From NCBI GenBank assembly GCA_977030845.1, contig OZ365114.1, positions 22,568,001-22,632,000 of the forward strand: a DNA stretch of 64,000 nt. The letters run 5' to 3'. The DNA comes from Fimbriosthenelais zetlandica. Taxonomy: Eukaryota. Positions 38,062-51,282 of this stretch are shown here, piece after piece. Under the pieces are notes generated by a model. That model was not told where the DNA came from. It made no database searches and saw nothing but the letters and a program-made list of their open reading frames with translations. The position numbers and the translations under genes are program-made. Position 1 is the stretch's first letter. Every line of letters begins with the position of its first letter.

Positions 38062-41000
38062 GTAAGTTGAAGCCAGAGCCTGTTTTCTAATTCATCACAA
38101 ATCTTAATACCCATGTCTGCCAGAGCCACACATCTAAGTAAAAGCCCTTTTGTGGCCATTTTACTGCTGAAAAGAAGTTGATGGTCCCTCATCGGCAGGC
38201 TGGTCTCGGGCTGCTGATCCTGACTGATAATGGGGTTTCTTCATCTTCACCATATCTAATGCTAGCAGAGGGACTTTCCTGAGTAGACTTAGTAATCTTC
38301 ACTGTTGTTGCCTCTGAATATTCAGTCAATATATTATTATAAAAGAGCTCTTTAATGGGTAGGTATATTTCTACCATCTGGATGCCATCGCATCATATAT
38401 AGAGAGTATGCCGCGGCAGTGGTAGACTGAAGTTTTATGCAGTATCCATCAAATTTACATATTGAGAGAGTTTATCCCTGAGATGGGCGTTAATGAGGCA
38501 GTGAGTTCTTAGTGCATCGCTTCAAAGGCAAAAGTTTGTGCATACATAACCCTGATTGCTGAACCAACAAATCAAACCAGAGAGTGTTAACTATAAATCA
38601 GTGAGATGAGACTGGAGCTATTTGATCACATAGCCGGAACTGGGTAAGCATGGCAGGGAGGCCAGTTAGCCAGATGAGGATCATGATTGGTCCTGTGAAG
38701 AGATGTTCTATTAGACTACGGTTTCTTGCATAGGCTGGCTGTTTACAAGGCGGGATTAGGTCGAGGGTGACTGCTTACTGATGAAGGACTGCAGGCATTG
38801 GCATTCACAGCTTCTCTGCTTATACTAAAATATGTTTCCTCCTCAAGAGGAAAAAGCCAATTCCCACCAGATACATAAAAAAGGTCAATTCAGATTTATG
38901 TTTGTCGTAGATATATATTATATATAATCCATCTATACAAATATAAATAATCTCTGGGTATTTTAGTGGGGATTTATTTTAGTATATTCAGGGAGTATCC
39001 TATATATAAATCATCGCCTTGGAAGTAAAGGAAATTGGAGATTGCTATAATCACAGTGGAAGTAAAGCATATCAGCCTTCTCATGAGCGGAAAAGAGGAA
39101 TATTAAGATCATAAGGCGAACTAATGGTTCGTGAACGAAAAGGCCAGATGCATGAGAAGGGGAAGGCAGAGGGTAAGAGGCTTCTGATAGATCATGACTA
39201 TCTACTTGGTGAGACAGACATGTGGCAGGACTGAAAGGTCAACCTGACATAAAGGCAAAAGGTAGGGAAAAGCTTCCATCTACCACACTACCTCAATAAA
39301 TCCCCACCCACCCCTCTAAACTTCACAGTCTCACTTCTCCAATATTTCTCTACATCCAATTCCCTCTGTTTATTTCTGCAATATGCCATCAATGGTATGC
39401 CTCCCTCTCCCGCTCCCTCCCTCTAGGGGTAGGTTTGCTTACACTTTCATAGGTTGAAAAGTCATAAAAGCCATGTTGGTGTTCCACGGGTGTCTCACAA
39501 GTCATAAATCATTTTTTTCAAGTTTCTAAGAAACTACATCCTTTACCCAATAAATGAGGATTAACGCAGTATCTCAGCATGGAGATAGTCATAAGTCAGC
39601 TTTTATGAGGTCATTTTCTATCCTATCCGACTATCTCCGAGTCAGTATTGATATACATTAGATCTACGTGCATGCAGCCTGTACCATCCTCTGCCACTGC
39701 CTTACAAATTGCTGCTTGTGCTTTCCTCTATCAAGATCAGTATTCCTCCTTATACTGATCTGGATTAAATTTGCAACATCCAAGACAAACACACGGGAAT
39801 GCTTTGATTGGGCTGGGTAACTTAGTATCTGTTAATCATATTGGATCCAAGCTCATGTTTTGCTTTGATTACGTGAAAATCCCATATTTCATAATGCCGA
39901 GTGTATACGACGCGACACACGAAAAACGGCTTCATAAAGTATCCAACACTTTTTCATTAACAAACATCTGTATTACTCCGGTGGCAATAAATTTCAATGA
40001 AGAGTCCCTGGACAACTTTTAATAACAACACAGGGATTCATATCCTTGAATCCTTTCCATCTCTATCAACTTGTATAATACCCTTGAGGAACCCCATGGA
40101 GAAGTGCAAGTCAGTCATTTTGATTTGTATTCATAGAATCTGTTGTAATCAGAAGTGTCAACAGGGAGGCCTATTGATGGGGATTGTGTAATACAGAAAA
40201 CATGGGGTGAGGCACAACACCCGGAAATTGAATGAAAAGATGGGATCTATCTCTTGTTTGTTCTGGCTGGGGAGTCCATGTGATTCCGGTAGAAATAGCA
40301 AGAAACACTGTGCCAAGCACCACCAAATGTCAAAACGTGACTATGACAGTGGCAAACAGGAGTAATACTCCGACTGGGTGTCATGTAGAAGGAAGAATTA
40401 GTATATATAAGCCACAAGTCGTAATGTAAGGCTTGGTAGCAGTCACGTAATGTTCATTAAGAGAGTGAACTGTTTCAAACCAACATTAATAAATGTAGGG
40501 CGAATGCATCACTGCAAACCATGCCAAGGGACGAGACGCCCATTAAGAATGTTTATAGATCTATTGGGTACATGAACGGAGGCCTGTTCGGTTCTCGAAA
40601 GAAGCATTAACAGTACTACAAATGTGTATATTGGCTTCATAATCCAGTCTGTCCCTAAGGTCGGAATCATTTCCCAGCATAACTAAGACAGGAAAGTAAT
40701 TTAAGTATAATACTGGTGTAGAACATTCATCCGATGTCCTCAGGCAGCCCCGTCGTCACATGTAGTAAAAGAAAAACTAATGGGGCCGCATATTTTGTCT
40801 TGAAGTATGATTCGTCGTCTTGTCCATCATCATTGTGTTTATTTCCCGAAGTCTCACTTTTCACCCTGTAGCACCCAGTAAATAATTCCACTTAGAGTGA
40901 CGCTTTCTGAGAAGACAACAGGTTGTACATTGGTTACTGACGTGATACACGGAAAGCTTTTCTCACCACTACCGAACTAATGTTTTAAAGAATCGCTCTC

Positions 41001-41730
41001 AGCTGTCTCTGTCTGGGCTACTTTGGTCAGAACAAAGATTATCTCCTGAACATATATATGTAAGTCTATATAGACTCTATGTCCCATTTAACATGATGAG
41101 AGTATCAGGATTATAGATAATTCATGTGATAATTAAAGTCGAAATCCTATTATAGATGGAATCGTATAATTCTGAACACATCGATCTATATTATATACAT
41201 ACCAACATTATTACCCAGTTTCTATAGAGATTGCAGCCTAATTCTATTCCAAGTCATTATCATCTCTTTCCGTCTTTGTTATCTGTCATTAGTGCTAATA
41301 CTCAATGGGGAAATCATATATATTACACGATTCGGTTTTTGCCAAGGGCCATTAAGAAGTGCTATTTTTACTGAGGACATTCCAATCACTGGCTTATTAG
41401 GGCCTCAAGTAAAGAGCTATTTTCTTTCATTAACTGATTGCCATCCGCTCAGTATCCCAGCATGAATTGTCTCATTAATACCATTATGACTAATTGCTAT
41501 CAATTAACCTCATACCCCCAGATGATCATTGGTGCAACACACACCGACACTGTTTGCACTGCAATGAGCGTGTATATTAGGGATAGTTAACACAACTTTA
41601 ATGCAGTCAGATTTAATTCCCTGCAGAATTCAGCAGTATTTGAATCCTTCGAATAAAGTTACAGCGAATAACACAGGTTGGTTACCTCAACATTACATTA
41701 TGTTTTATTGTTGAACCTCTCAGCTCAGTG

Positions 41731-41825
41731 GCGCCGCCTTGTGGTAGTGCCCAACCCCTTCCTCATTCTGATTGGCTAACCAACACCATGTGACATCCTG
41801 TGACGTCATACTTGCTAAAGATGGC
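41731..41825. promoter_or_regulatory. CTCF-like, NF-Y, CRE and YY1-like motif cluster
   Basis: Minus-strand CCACAAGGCGGCGC (41731-41744), CTGATTGGCTA (41768-41778), TGACGTCA (41801-41808) and AAGATGGC (41818-41825) within 95 bp. Confidence 0.4.
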
Positions 41826-44800
41826 TGACTTTCATCAATCTCTTGCTCTAACCCCTTACTATATGATTATATGAACTTATATGAATAGATTCATTTTTAA
41901 ATGGTCGTGAAGACATTGTGAACCCCTCAATTGGGAATCAGCTTCCAAGATACCTTTCAATATCCTGAGAAACAATCCCGGATCTGTCTAAGATACATGC
42001 TCTGATGGGCACATGACGAGGATCACGCACTGTAAGGTTTATTCATGCTGTTACCTCCATGAATTTACAGCAACTAAACCTCCAGTTTGCATCTGAACAT
42101 CTGTGAATACATGAGGTTTTTTTTTTAACTTGATAACCTCTTGTTGATAAATAACCCGAGTTTGCCCACATTAAATGCCCCAATCATTAGTCATCTCACT
42201 TCAACCAACTCTAGGAACCCTAGGGTCACAGATGTTTTTCGCAGCCTACGCACCTGGTCTCCTCCCCTTAGAACCTTGGCTGATAGATTCGTCATAGCAA
42301 CTTGGGTATTGGGTAAGTTGCATGCACGAATGTACATGAGAGATCACCCACAGTTTGGATGATGGCCAACTCTTTCTGAGAAACTGATGTATTAATAGTT
42401 TTAATAGTTTTACTATATATTAGTTTTACAAGCAGTCCATGTCCTATACTATACCCAGACATGAACATTATGATGAAGCCTACTGAGAAGATGGCTATGA
42501 TTAGGTGGATATGGTTACAATAGGCCTAATGGTATAGAAATGTAATAATATCTGACAAATGGTTTGCTGTCATGCTCACCTGGCTGCTCTCCTAGTGGAG
42601 TACTCCTACAACACTTGAGACTTACTAATGATTTGTTTTTCCATATTTTTCCAAGGCTAAAACAAACATGTTTAGAATCTGTACCTTTCACACTCTGTGT
42701 CTGACATGATGAACTGCAGCTCACCACTGACCAGACTCCCCTCAGGTCATGCAACGGAAGGAGGCTCACACATTTTTATGGTTCCACGAAAACAAATGTT
42801 TTCTCACTTGAGGATTTGTAATCAGGCCCCGGTAAAATTCTTCAATACACTGCCTTGCCCTTTACATGCAGTAGCTGCTAAAACTTTATTGCATATAGGC
42901 GGACTCTTTTAGAGCCTCTTTACATGAGTTCATTTCCAATATTCTTCAGCCTATGGGTTAGATATTTATCGAGGAAGAGGAGACGAATATAGGCCTACAT
43001 GTAATCATATAATGGTCATAATGACGATGGCCACGAGAGAGCTATACGTAATATGAAATCTCTAGCATAGGAAGACGAGACTGCATAAAATGTCTTTTTA
43101 TATTCCTAGACTTGGAGGTGATTCAATTTACCTTATGGCTCTTCCAGGAAAGTAGCAATATTCTCTATTAACTTCTAATCAAACTAGCAGCAAATTAAGT
43201 GATAAAAACAGCAATAAATCTGGCTGGCTTCTGTTATCATTTGCTGAGCGTGGCATGATGATCGGATTTTACACTATCAGCGAAAGGCAGCACATCGTGC
43301 CAGAAAACGAGTCCTTCTCTCCTCTCAGGGCTTGTATAGACCATGGCTGAACATAAACACAAGTGTTTTAACAAGCTGGCAGACATATTGCAGAGATACC
43401 AGGCGATTACAAACAACCCGCCTTTGATAACAAAATAACAGCTGATATAACCTAAAAGTGGTGAGTTAGTACATATGTACGATATAAACATAGTACCTCC
43501 GGCACCATTTCATTGAGGAGCATGTCCATCTTCAACAAACACCATGTAAGAACACTATATCTATTAATAAGTAGTATACACTTGACCCCTGTTCCCCCAA
43601 GGACAAATTTATAATAGTCTAACTCTCAGTTACGAGGCAGAAGACCAAACAAATATCCAAGTTCCGGCAATATATCAATTTGCGAATCAACATAAACCTA
43701 TCACATTAAACAAAATCCTTAGATTAAATCCAGATTCACTCTGTAGGCTGTCAGACAATCCTACCCGAGAAAAAGTAATCTATGTGAAACAAAACAGTAC
43801 AAAGGTATCCATAAACAATATGCTTTATAGACTGCGCATCACCTGACACCACTGACCCTCAGCCTTTGTGTTTAGCTGCTGATGAATGAGGAAATGAAAT
43901 TTCCACTCATTAGGAATGTGATAACGACTTTGTTGTTTGTGTGTCATATTACTAGCCAAGTTATAAGGATAATCATGTTCTCTCTCATTAACACTTTGGG
44001 CATGCGAGCAGTTCTCAGCACCCAACCCAGTAGGACTTGCGTCATAGTATTCTGTAATTAAGGCAAACAAGCAAACAAAACAAGGCAGGAAGCAGCTTCA
44101 TTGATCACAGACGTGCACCCCCTGCTGATGGTAAACCAATGTATATACACTGTCACATATATATTTGTGTTTACACTGTCGCATGTATATTTATTGTTCC
44201 GTGATATATCACAGGGAAAATATCCCCCACCAAACCCAAAAGATCTAATAACGTACAGGGAACATGAAAAATGAGCACACGGCCCCCAAATATGAGAGTA
44301 GATGTAACTGGATATGCCTGTTCAGAACCTGACAGCACTGAGCAAGTAAAGTTGACAGGTATGACAGTTGGAAACAGGAGCAACTGTCTCTTGGAAAGCT
44401 ACATACTACAGACTGTTCTTACAATGTCAGAATACAACCCTCGCCTTCCTATAACCCTCTCTGTCTGACAGACTCACCCGCAGGCATGTTTGCTTCTCAT
44501 GGGCTATGTCAACACCACCTTGGCCAACTGTTAAAATCTCTTGGAAGCAATTAGAGCTAAGCTGTCATGAGCCACATACTAGGGGTTTATTGCAGCCGTT
44601 TGCTTCACGAATTGCCCGAGGCCTGCTGAAACCAGGGCCTGAAAGTAGAAGTATTCTGTCCATGTGTAGAGACCCAAAAACTGACCTCAAAACTTAACGA
44701 ATATTGCCACTTCCGGAAGGCTTTTGCTGCAGGTACATTTCATTCCTTAAGACGGATTGGAAACTGACAAGACTGGAGCTTAGATGTTTACTAAATGTAT

Positions 44801-45530
44801 GCTGTCCTAATGAAGCACATGGTAATACATCATCTCATCTGTATCCGCGTCCATCTGGCAAGACAGGAAAAGTGACCTCATTTCTTCCATCCAGAACTTG
44901 TGCTGAACACTAAGGTCATGGAGCAATAATAAGGCCAAAACATAACATATAAGCTTCTGTTTTGCAAATATTACTCCCGATCTTTCCAGAAGGTAGGCCA
45001 ATAAATGATTTACGTTATGTATATTATTTATCATTGGCCCGAGGAGAGATAAGTGAAGAGAAGTAGATAAATTATATATGGGTTGCAATCAATCATGCAT
45101 GTACTTATTAGATACATGGGAGGAGGGCAATTTATTCCATGGCCATGACCACTTTATGATGTATAGGCCTGAGTCACATCCTGACATAACTTGTTAACAG
45201 CCATTGTCAAGCTTCCTCTCCCAGTTAATGTCATTCAGAGAAATTTATATGTTCCAATGGTGGCATATATATGTCAAGCCTTTGTTTTTGAAATAACTAT
45301 GGCCAAATATGTGTTTCTATTCAGCTCTTTTCCTCACTCATATCTGTTTACGTAATATATAGCGACCTAAAAGATCTACCCCAGCTTATTAATACAGTTA
45401 TAAGTTTGTGTTTCTTCCATTGGTTTCTACTATGGCTGAAGTTCTGGGCTGTACCAGAGCAGTTCGTCTGGCTAGTATTTATCTTAGCCAGCAGTGAGCA
45501 ACTGCCCACAGCCATTGAGGAAAACGGTGT

Positions 45531-45546
45531 CCACCAGATGTCAGTA
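45531..45546 (+). promoter_or_regulatory. CTCF-like site
   Basis: CCACCAGATGTCAGTA has one mismatch to the CCACCAGATGGCAGTA form of the CTCF core. Confidence 0.3.
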
Positions 45547-47917
45547 GTGATGGGGAGCCACCTGGTTAGCTGTTAACCTATGTGTTGGCAAAGGGCATTT
45601 TTCTGACAGAGCCAGTGATAGGGTGGATATTGGTACCTGGAGCTAAGCCGAGATCCACTCATTGGCTTACATGCTATCGATTCCATCTAGATGACCCCAT
45701 TAGCAAGAGTCATCTCCTATGTATGTGACATTGCCTTAATGTTACAAATAACATCATTACTGGGAGAAATCTTGATGCCATCAGAAACCTCCATCACAGC
45801 TCCTCATTTGGCAATTGGAGATAATACCCATGCCAAGTGTAACAGACTCGGGCTCATTTCGAGCGGTGGACAGGATTAGTTTTCGAACTGTGACCATGTC
45901 TGAAATGACTGGAAGTGGCAATACCCACTGCGTCGTTCTTCGCTGCTTAGTTCTCATAACAAATGGATTGCGTCTGTAATCTTTTACTAAAAGGAGCTCT
46001 GGCTCACGAACTGAGGTCTTGAAATCCTTTCGTCATGATAGGTTAATTGTCATGCATGCAACGGGGACTGCAACATATGTAGCACCATATATAATAGGAT
46101 ATTATATACGTTGTTAGTAAATGATATCCCATTCAGTCATGAATGCATACCACACAAATGGTCTTAATATCCCAATGAATGCATTTCCTTATTTGATATT
46201 TTCAGGTACAATGCAATTAACTGTTACTAACCACATCAGAATGTCAGATTCCATATACATGCATGCTACATACAAACCTTGTGTAGTTCCTTATATGGAA
46301 AACCCCACGCTACAACAATTCCACAAACAGCCTGCATATTTATAAAGGAGAGCAGCAACTGGCAAGACCGACCCACATCACAGATGTCATGCTATGCACA
46401 AATTCCCGCATTTTCCCTGGAAAGTTCCCATAAAAAGAAGCTTTCTTATTCAACTGCCGGCTAAAGCTTTGTAATGGAAACACCAAGAGTGCAGTTTAGT
46501 GTCAGTGACGTCAACAATCTTCCGGCGTCACAACAGTTGCAGCTGACCCCAATGTAACTGAGGGTTATATCTGAAAGCTGCTGTCATTGTCCTTTAGTTA
46601 CGTAAAGAGGGGAATTTTCCCACCTTCTCTCCCCAGATCTACGAGATCTGACATTCCATGTCGGTTCTTTTGAATGGTCCCATTCCTGTTCGCCAAGACT
46701 GCCCCACCAAGCTTTGTAATAAAGTCAGATGGGCGATACTACAGCAGGAATCAAACGGATGTTGGGCATACTGGCCGTACCAACGAGGCTGGGAAATAAA
46801 CATCAGGCCCTGGAAGCACAGGGAAGGCGTTACATGGAAGAATGATTAAAGTAAAAGTCGGGAGAGCCAAAAAAGGGGCTAGATACGCAGGACAAGCTGT
46901 GAGACTGCCTGGCCTCAAATAAAACTATCCTTCAAAATGCTAAGACTCCTTCCTATAACGTGATGTCTTCCTCAGACAAGGCCAGATAAATCTTGACGGC
47001 CTTTTGCTACTTAAGGAATAACCTTGCCTTCTTGTCGATAAATGACAGCCGCACCTCAACATTTTTAAGTTTATATTGTTGCATGACGGCACTAAAAGGA
47101 CTATAAATGTCAGGGGAGATTCATTCAAACACCCAGTAACCTTCTGATAGACTGAAGATCCACTGGTCGTGAGGTTGGAACTAAGCAATAAAATGCTTGT
47201 TTTATTAGCTTCGTCCACCTCAGATAGGGTTGTTCAAATGTTTTATTGGGGTAAAACGGAAGCCAGTCATAAATAGGTGTAACTCCAGACATACTTAATA
47301 CGAGATTATTGAGACTTCAAAGACTGGATATTTGTTGCACACTCTCAATTTACTTCTTATTAGCTGTTACGACCTAATACAACCACTTAACTTTAATGAT
47401 AGTCTTTAAATGCTACCTCACGACTGGTCTGCATGGGGCCATAACATGGCTATCACTGCAATCCCTCTAAGCACGATGATAAAAAGACATGCATTCAAAG
47501 ATAACTTTAATGCAAAAAGTTTCTTGATCATTAAGAAGTTGCTTTCATTATGAGAAGTTTCATCTCATGGGAGATTCGGATGTTTAGTGAATCGGATACT
47601 CAAGACAAAAATGTTCTTTGGTGCCATCCAGTACTTTACGATGCTTTTATTGCAGATATCACCTCACCAGAGACGCCATCCAAATATAAATGCCATCTGA
47701 CGCAGCACCCTTACATATCACAAATGTTTTGATGTACGGCACACGCCATCTGAAGTCCCAGTGGCCACTAGACATCTAAAGGTCTTGTTACCAGGGAAAC
47801 GTTTTTGACCCATCATATAAAGATATCCGGATCGTGATTAAGGTGGTGATGGACTTTCCCTGTCTCACTACTAACATGGCAGTGAACTATATCAATTGTT
47901 ACCATGGCAATGCTCTT

Positions 47918-47981
47918 ATGGTGCAATATTGTGATGGTGCAATATTGTCATGGTTCAATATTGTGATGGTGCAATATCATC
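47918..47981. repeat. 16-bp minisatellite, four units (ATGGTGCAATATTGTG)
   Basis: atggtgcaatattgtg / atggtgcaatattgtc / atggttcaatattgtg / atggtgcaatatcatc. Confidence 0.9.
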
Positions 47982-48540
47982 GGAGGCCTTCCTCGAATGA
48001 AATCTCCTTAATTGTTTGGATCAGTAATTTTCTTGTACTGCTTACCTTTATTGGATTCAGGCATGAATTAACTGAACTAAACGGAACATGGAATGCGTTG
48101 CCTTGGCAATTTTGAATATTTGAAATGCCTCAGGTGCTGCGGCAAACTAAGGTTTAATTTCTTAGTTGTTCTGAATTAAGTGTGGTAAAAAGAACCTGAT
48201 TGATTTTATTTGCAAATGAGAAAATTTTAATGGTGTTATTTTCTCCTTCACAAACGGTAATTCTAAGCCAGTTGGGGGAGATTGGTCTTTGTAAACTGGA
48301 ATCAAGAGTCAATATTCAGCCTTGTGCCTTCAAGCAAGGTCACCAAGACTTTTGCAAGATAATAAGATTGTGATAAATGTCAAAGTGAAAGGCATATATT
48401 TATGTGATATTTTGAAAATGTTAAGAAATAGCGTCAAATTGTGAATATAATAACCATTAGGTTGAGAGAATGTGCCAGATTACCATTTCACTTAAACCAC
48501 CCAAAATATAACGTGTATTATGTGTATACGAAAATCTCAG

Positions 48541-48576
48541 AACCGATATTTGCTCCGATATATGAACCGATATACC
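48541..48576. repeat. Degenerate 12-bp tandem repeat, three units (core CCGATAT)
   Basis: aaccgatatttg / ctccgatatatg / aaccgatatacc. Confidence 0.65.
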
Positions 48577-51282
48577 CAACCACATGAACCAATTCCTAGA
48601 ACCCATTTTCTACTGCATCTACCCTAATATCCTCTCTACTCGCCTTCTCAATTTCCCTGCCCACTCTTGACATGATTTCAATCAACATAATATAAATTCC
48701 AATATAGCACAGCAACCAGTCGGCTGCTTCCTCCATCTTGCTAGTTCCTCCCTTCGCTCAAATGCTGCTGCCTCGACACTTAACCTCCTCTATGACATTA
48801 ACAACACCTGAGCTCATTTGAAATTTATGTCCATCCGCACCAGACAGCAAAAAGCATGATAACTTATTTTGTGTAATAAGTTGGAAATAAATTTAACAAT
48901 TAGCTAAATGCAACCATTACTCAGAGTTGTCAGTACCAAATCATTGGTTTTCGCAAGAATAATTTTATGGCTGTTACAAAGAGAAAGCATCAAGGAGGTT
49001 TATGCTCGATTCCTCGCACAGTGAAAGGACGGTGCTTTCATTGTTTTCTTACAACACATCTAGGGAGATGGAAACTTTTTGTTGCCCATAAAACGCTTGT
49101 TCCTCCTGCAAACCAATTTTCATGCCTGCGAAGCAAAGCGCTGAATGAAGCGAGACGTGAACATTGATGGACGGGCGACCATCTCTCCTGGGCTAGCAGT
49201 GTGGCATTGTTATGTGGTAAGGCAGGGAGAGGGGTGGTATGTAAGGCAGGAATAATCGATGTAAATCATCCCTCGGCTAGCAGAAACTCTATCCAAAACA
49301 CTACATGTTTATACTTGGTTGTGCTAAAACATGTGGTAAAGGGCACCCTGCAACAACTACAGGACCTCAGAGGAGAACAGATTTACTGAGGCGAGTTGGT
49401 AATCTTGCCCTTTGGTAATGCAAAGCAACAAATGAGGTGGAAACAATGCCCCCTGTTACTCAACAGGCTTATAGAAGGGGATGTTGTTTAATTGGCACAG
49501 GGAGTATAACATTGATAGACTGTCTGGGTGATTAGGGAAATGCATATCTACAAATCATTGAGGTCTAGAGACTCCTAATTAGGCCTCTATGCAATGAATT
49601 CCCATGGCTTACACAAGTTATAGTGATCTAATAACATCAGTTTTCTGAAGGTCTCATAATTCAGAAATATGAAGAAATGTTTATTGGGCAATGACAAGTA
49701 ATTTGAGATGTGGCTTTTAACAAGCAAAGCTCTGCGTGGATTATTAACATCCTGTTTACAAGTAATCTGGATGGGATATAGACGGAATATTTTTCAGAAA
49801 AAAATGGCGGAATTATATATAGCCCCTCTTTATTTAGGTGCTGATGAGCATAACATGCATGCTCAGAAGACTGTACTCAAACTGGCAGACCCTGGGGAGG
49901 TATTGAAAATCGCAATTAATGATTGCATCATCACATTGGTGGTACAGAGATTCCCAGGAAGGAATCGTCATGGGAATTTAACATGGAATGCATTTGATCG
50001 AAAGCAACTTGTGTGGTCTAACTCATGGCCTCGGTATGGTTAATTGTCAATATGGAAGTTAAAAACTGCCAATTATATCATTGGGAAAAATAAATATGGA
50101 CAATGATGCAGGAAACTGCCACTTTCGTCAGGAATATGTAAGAAAAATCTGTCCGCTAATAAAACACAAATAGTCCAAAATAGGAATGGAAGTCTGGAAA
50201 AGCAGGAAGGGTTAATTTGTATAAAAACGCAATAGGAGACAGCCAGGCAAAACTCAAAGGCCTCTGAGAGTGTTCCTTCTCCCACACAGAACAGAAACAC
50301 TGCTTACCGAGTGTGACTTGGTCATTTGCATCCCCTGCCAGTTCATTTCCGGCCCATGCAATCTTCTGTTCAGGCTTTTCACGGAATTTAACGTCAGACA
50401 GGTTAATCATTCCTGCCTAAAACTTACTGATAGAATAAGGAATTACAGGCGCTAAAACGAGGCAAACTGTTGTATTATTTCTGAATGTTCCTTTCAGACC
50501 AAGTGAAGCAACAACATTGAAATATTTAACTTCACATTACTCAGTCGAAGGTTATAGACCTTTAAATCTTCCAACATATACCATTGGCACCTGGTCCTGG
50601 CTACATTAGGATTTACGCTGATAAAATGTGAAAAACAAAAGACAGTTGAGGCCTACTTGACTGGCACATTGCCAGTGTGAGTCAAGGTGATGGATGATAT
50701 ATGCTTGTGATCATATAAACCTACAGGAAGTCGATGACCTCTCTCATCAGACACTCTCTGAGAGAACTGCCCCAAGGAATGACAGCCAAACTGAAATGAG
50801 AAACCTTACTCTCTGACCATTAAAAGAATCCAGGTGTCCTCAAGGACTCTCATAGCTCATCCCCTTACACATCTACATAGCATCTATGTTATCATGTTAT
50901 CTATATAACATCTATAGCGGTTTGAACTTTTTTCTCCCTCTCATGTGTCTGCATGAAAAAAATGTACAGTATTACCTTTCTTAGTTAGTTGTAGCCGAAG
51001 TGAAATATTTTTTGTTTGTACAAGGGGAGGGATTGTAGTAGATAAATCTTGGCTGTCCTCTCGTTATTTTCTATGCCAACTGCCAGTCCCCATTACCAAA
51101 GCTTGTATTCTCAACAAGTTGAGGCACTTAAGCACCAGCAATGAGACCTATACAAGACTCAGCCTGTGCAGGTCAGGGTCATTGCCTGCCATTGAATCCT
51201 CAGCGTCACTGAACCCCGCTAATCCAGCCTTGAAGTTGGCGTGATGAGAATATCTGCTTTTATTGTTTCCTTGTCGTTGTAG

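Noticed and set aside
40081-40095. Minus-strand GVPQG, suggesting a second LINE RT fragment
   Set aside because: Followed by YYTS* instead of SxLGP, and no KAFD block is visible upstream. Too little to call.
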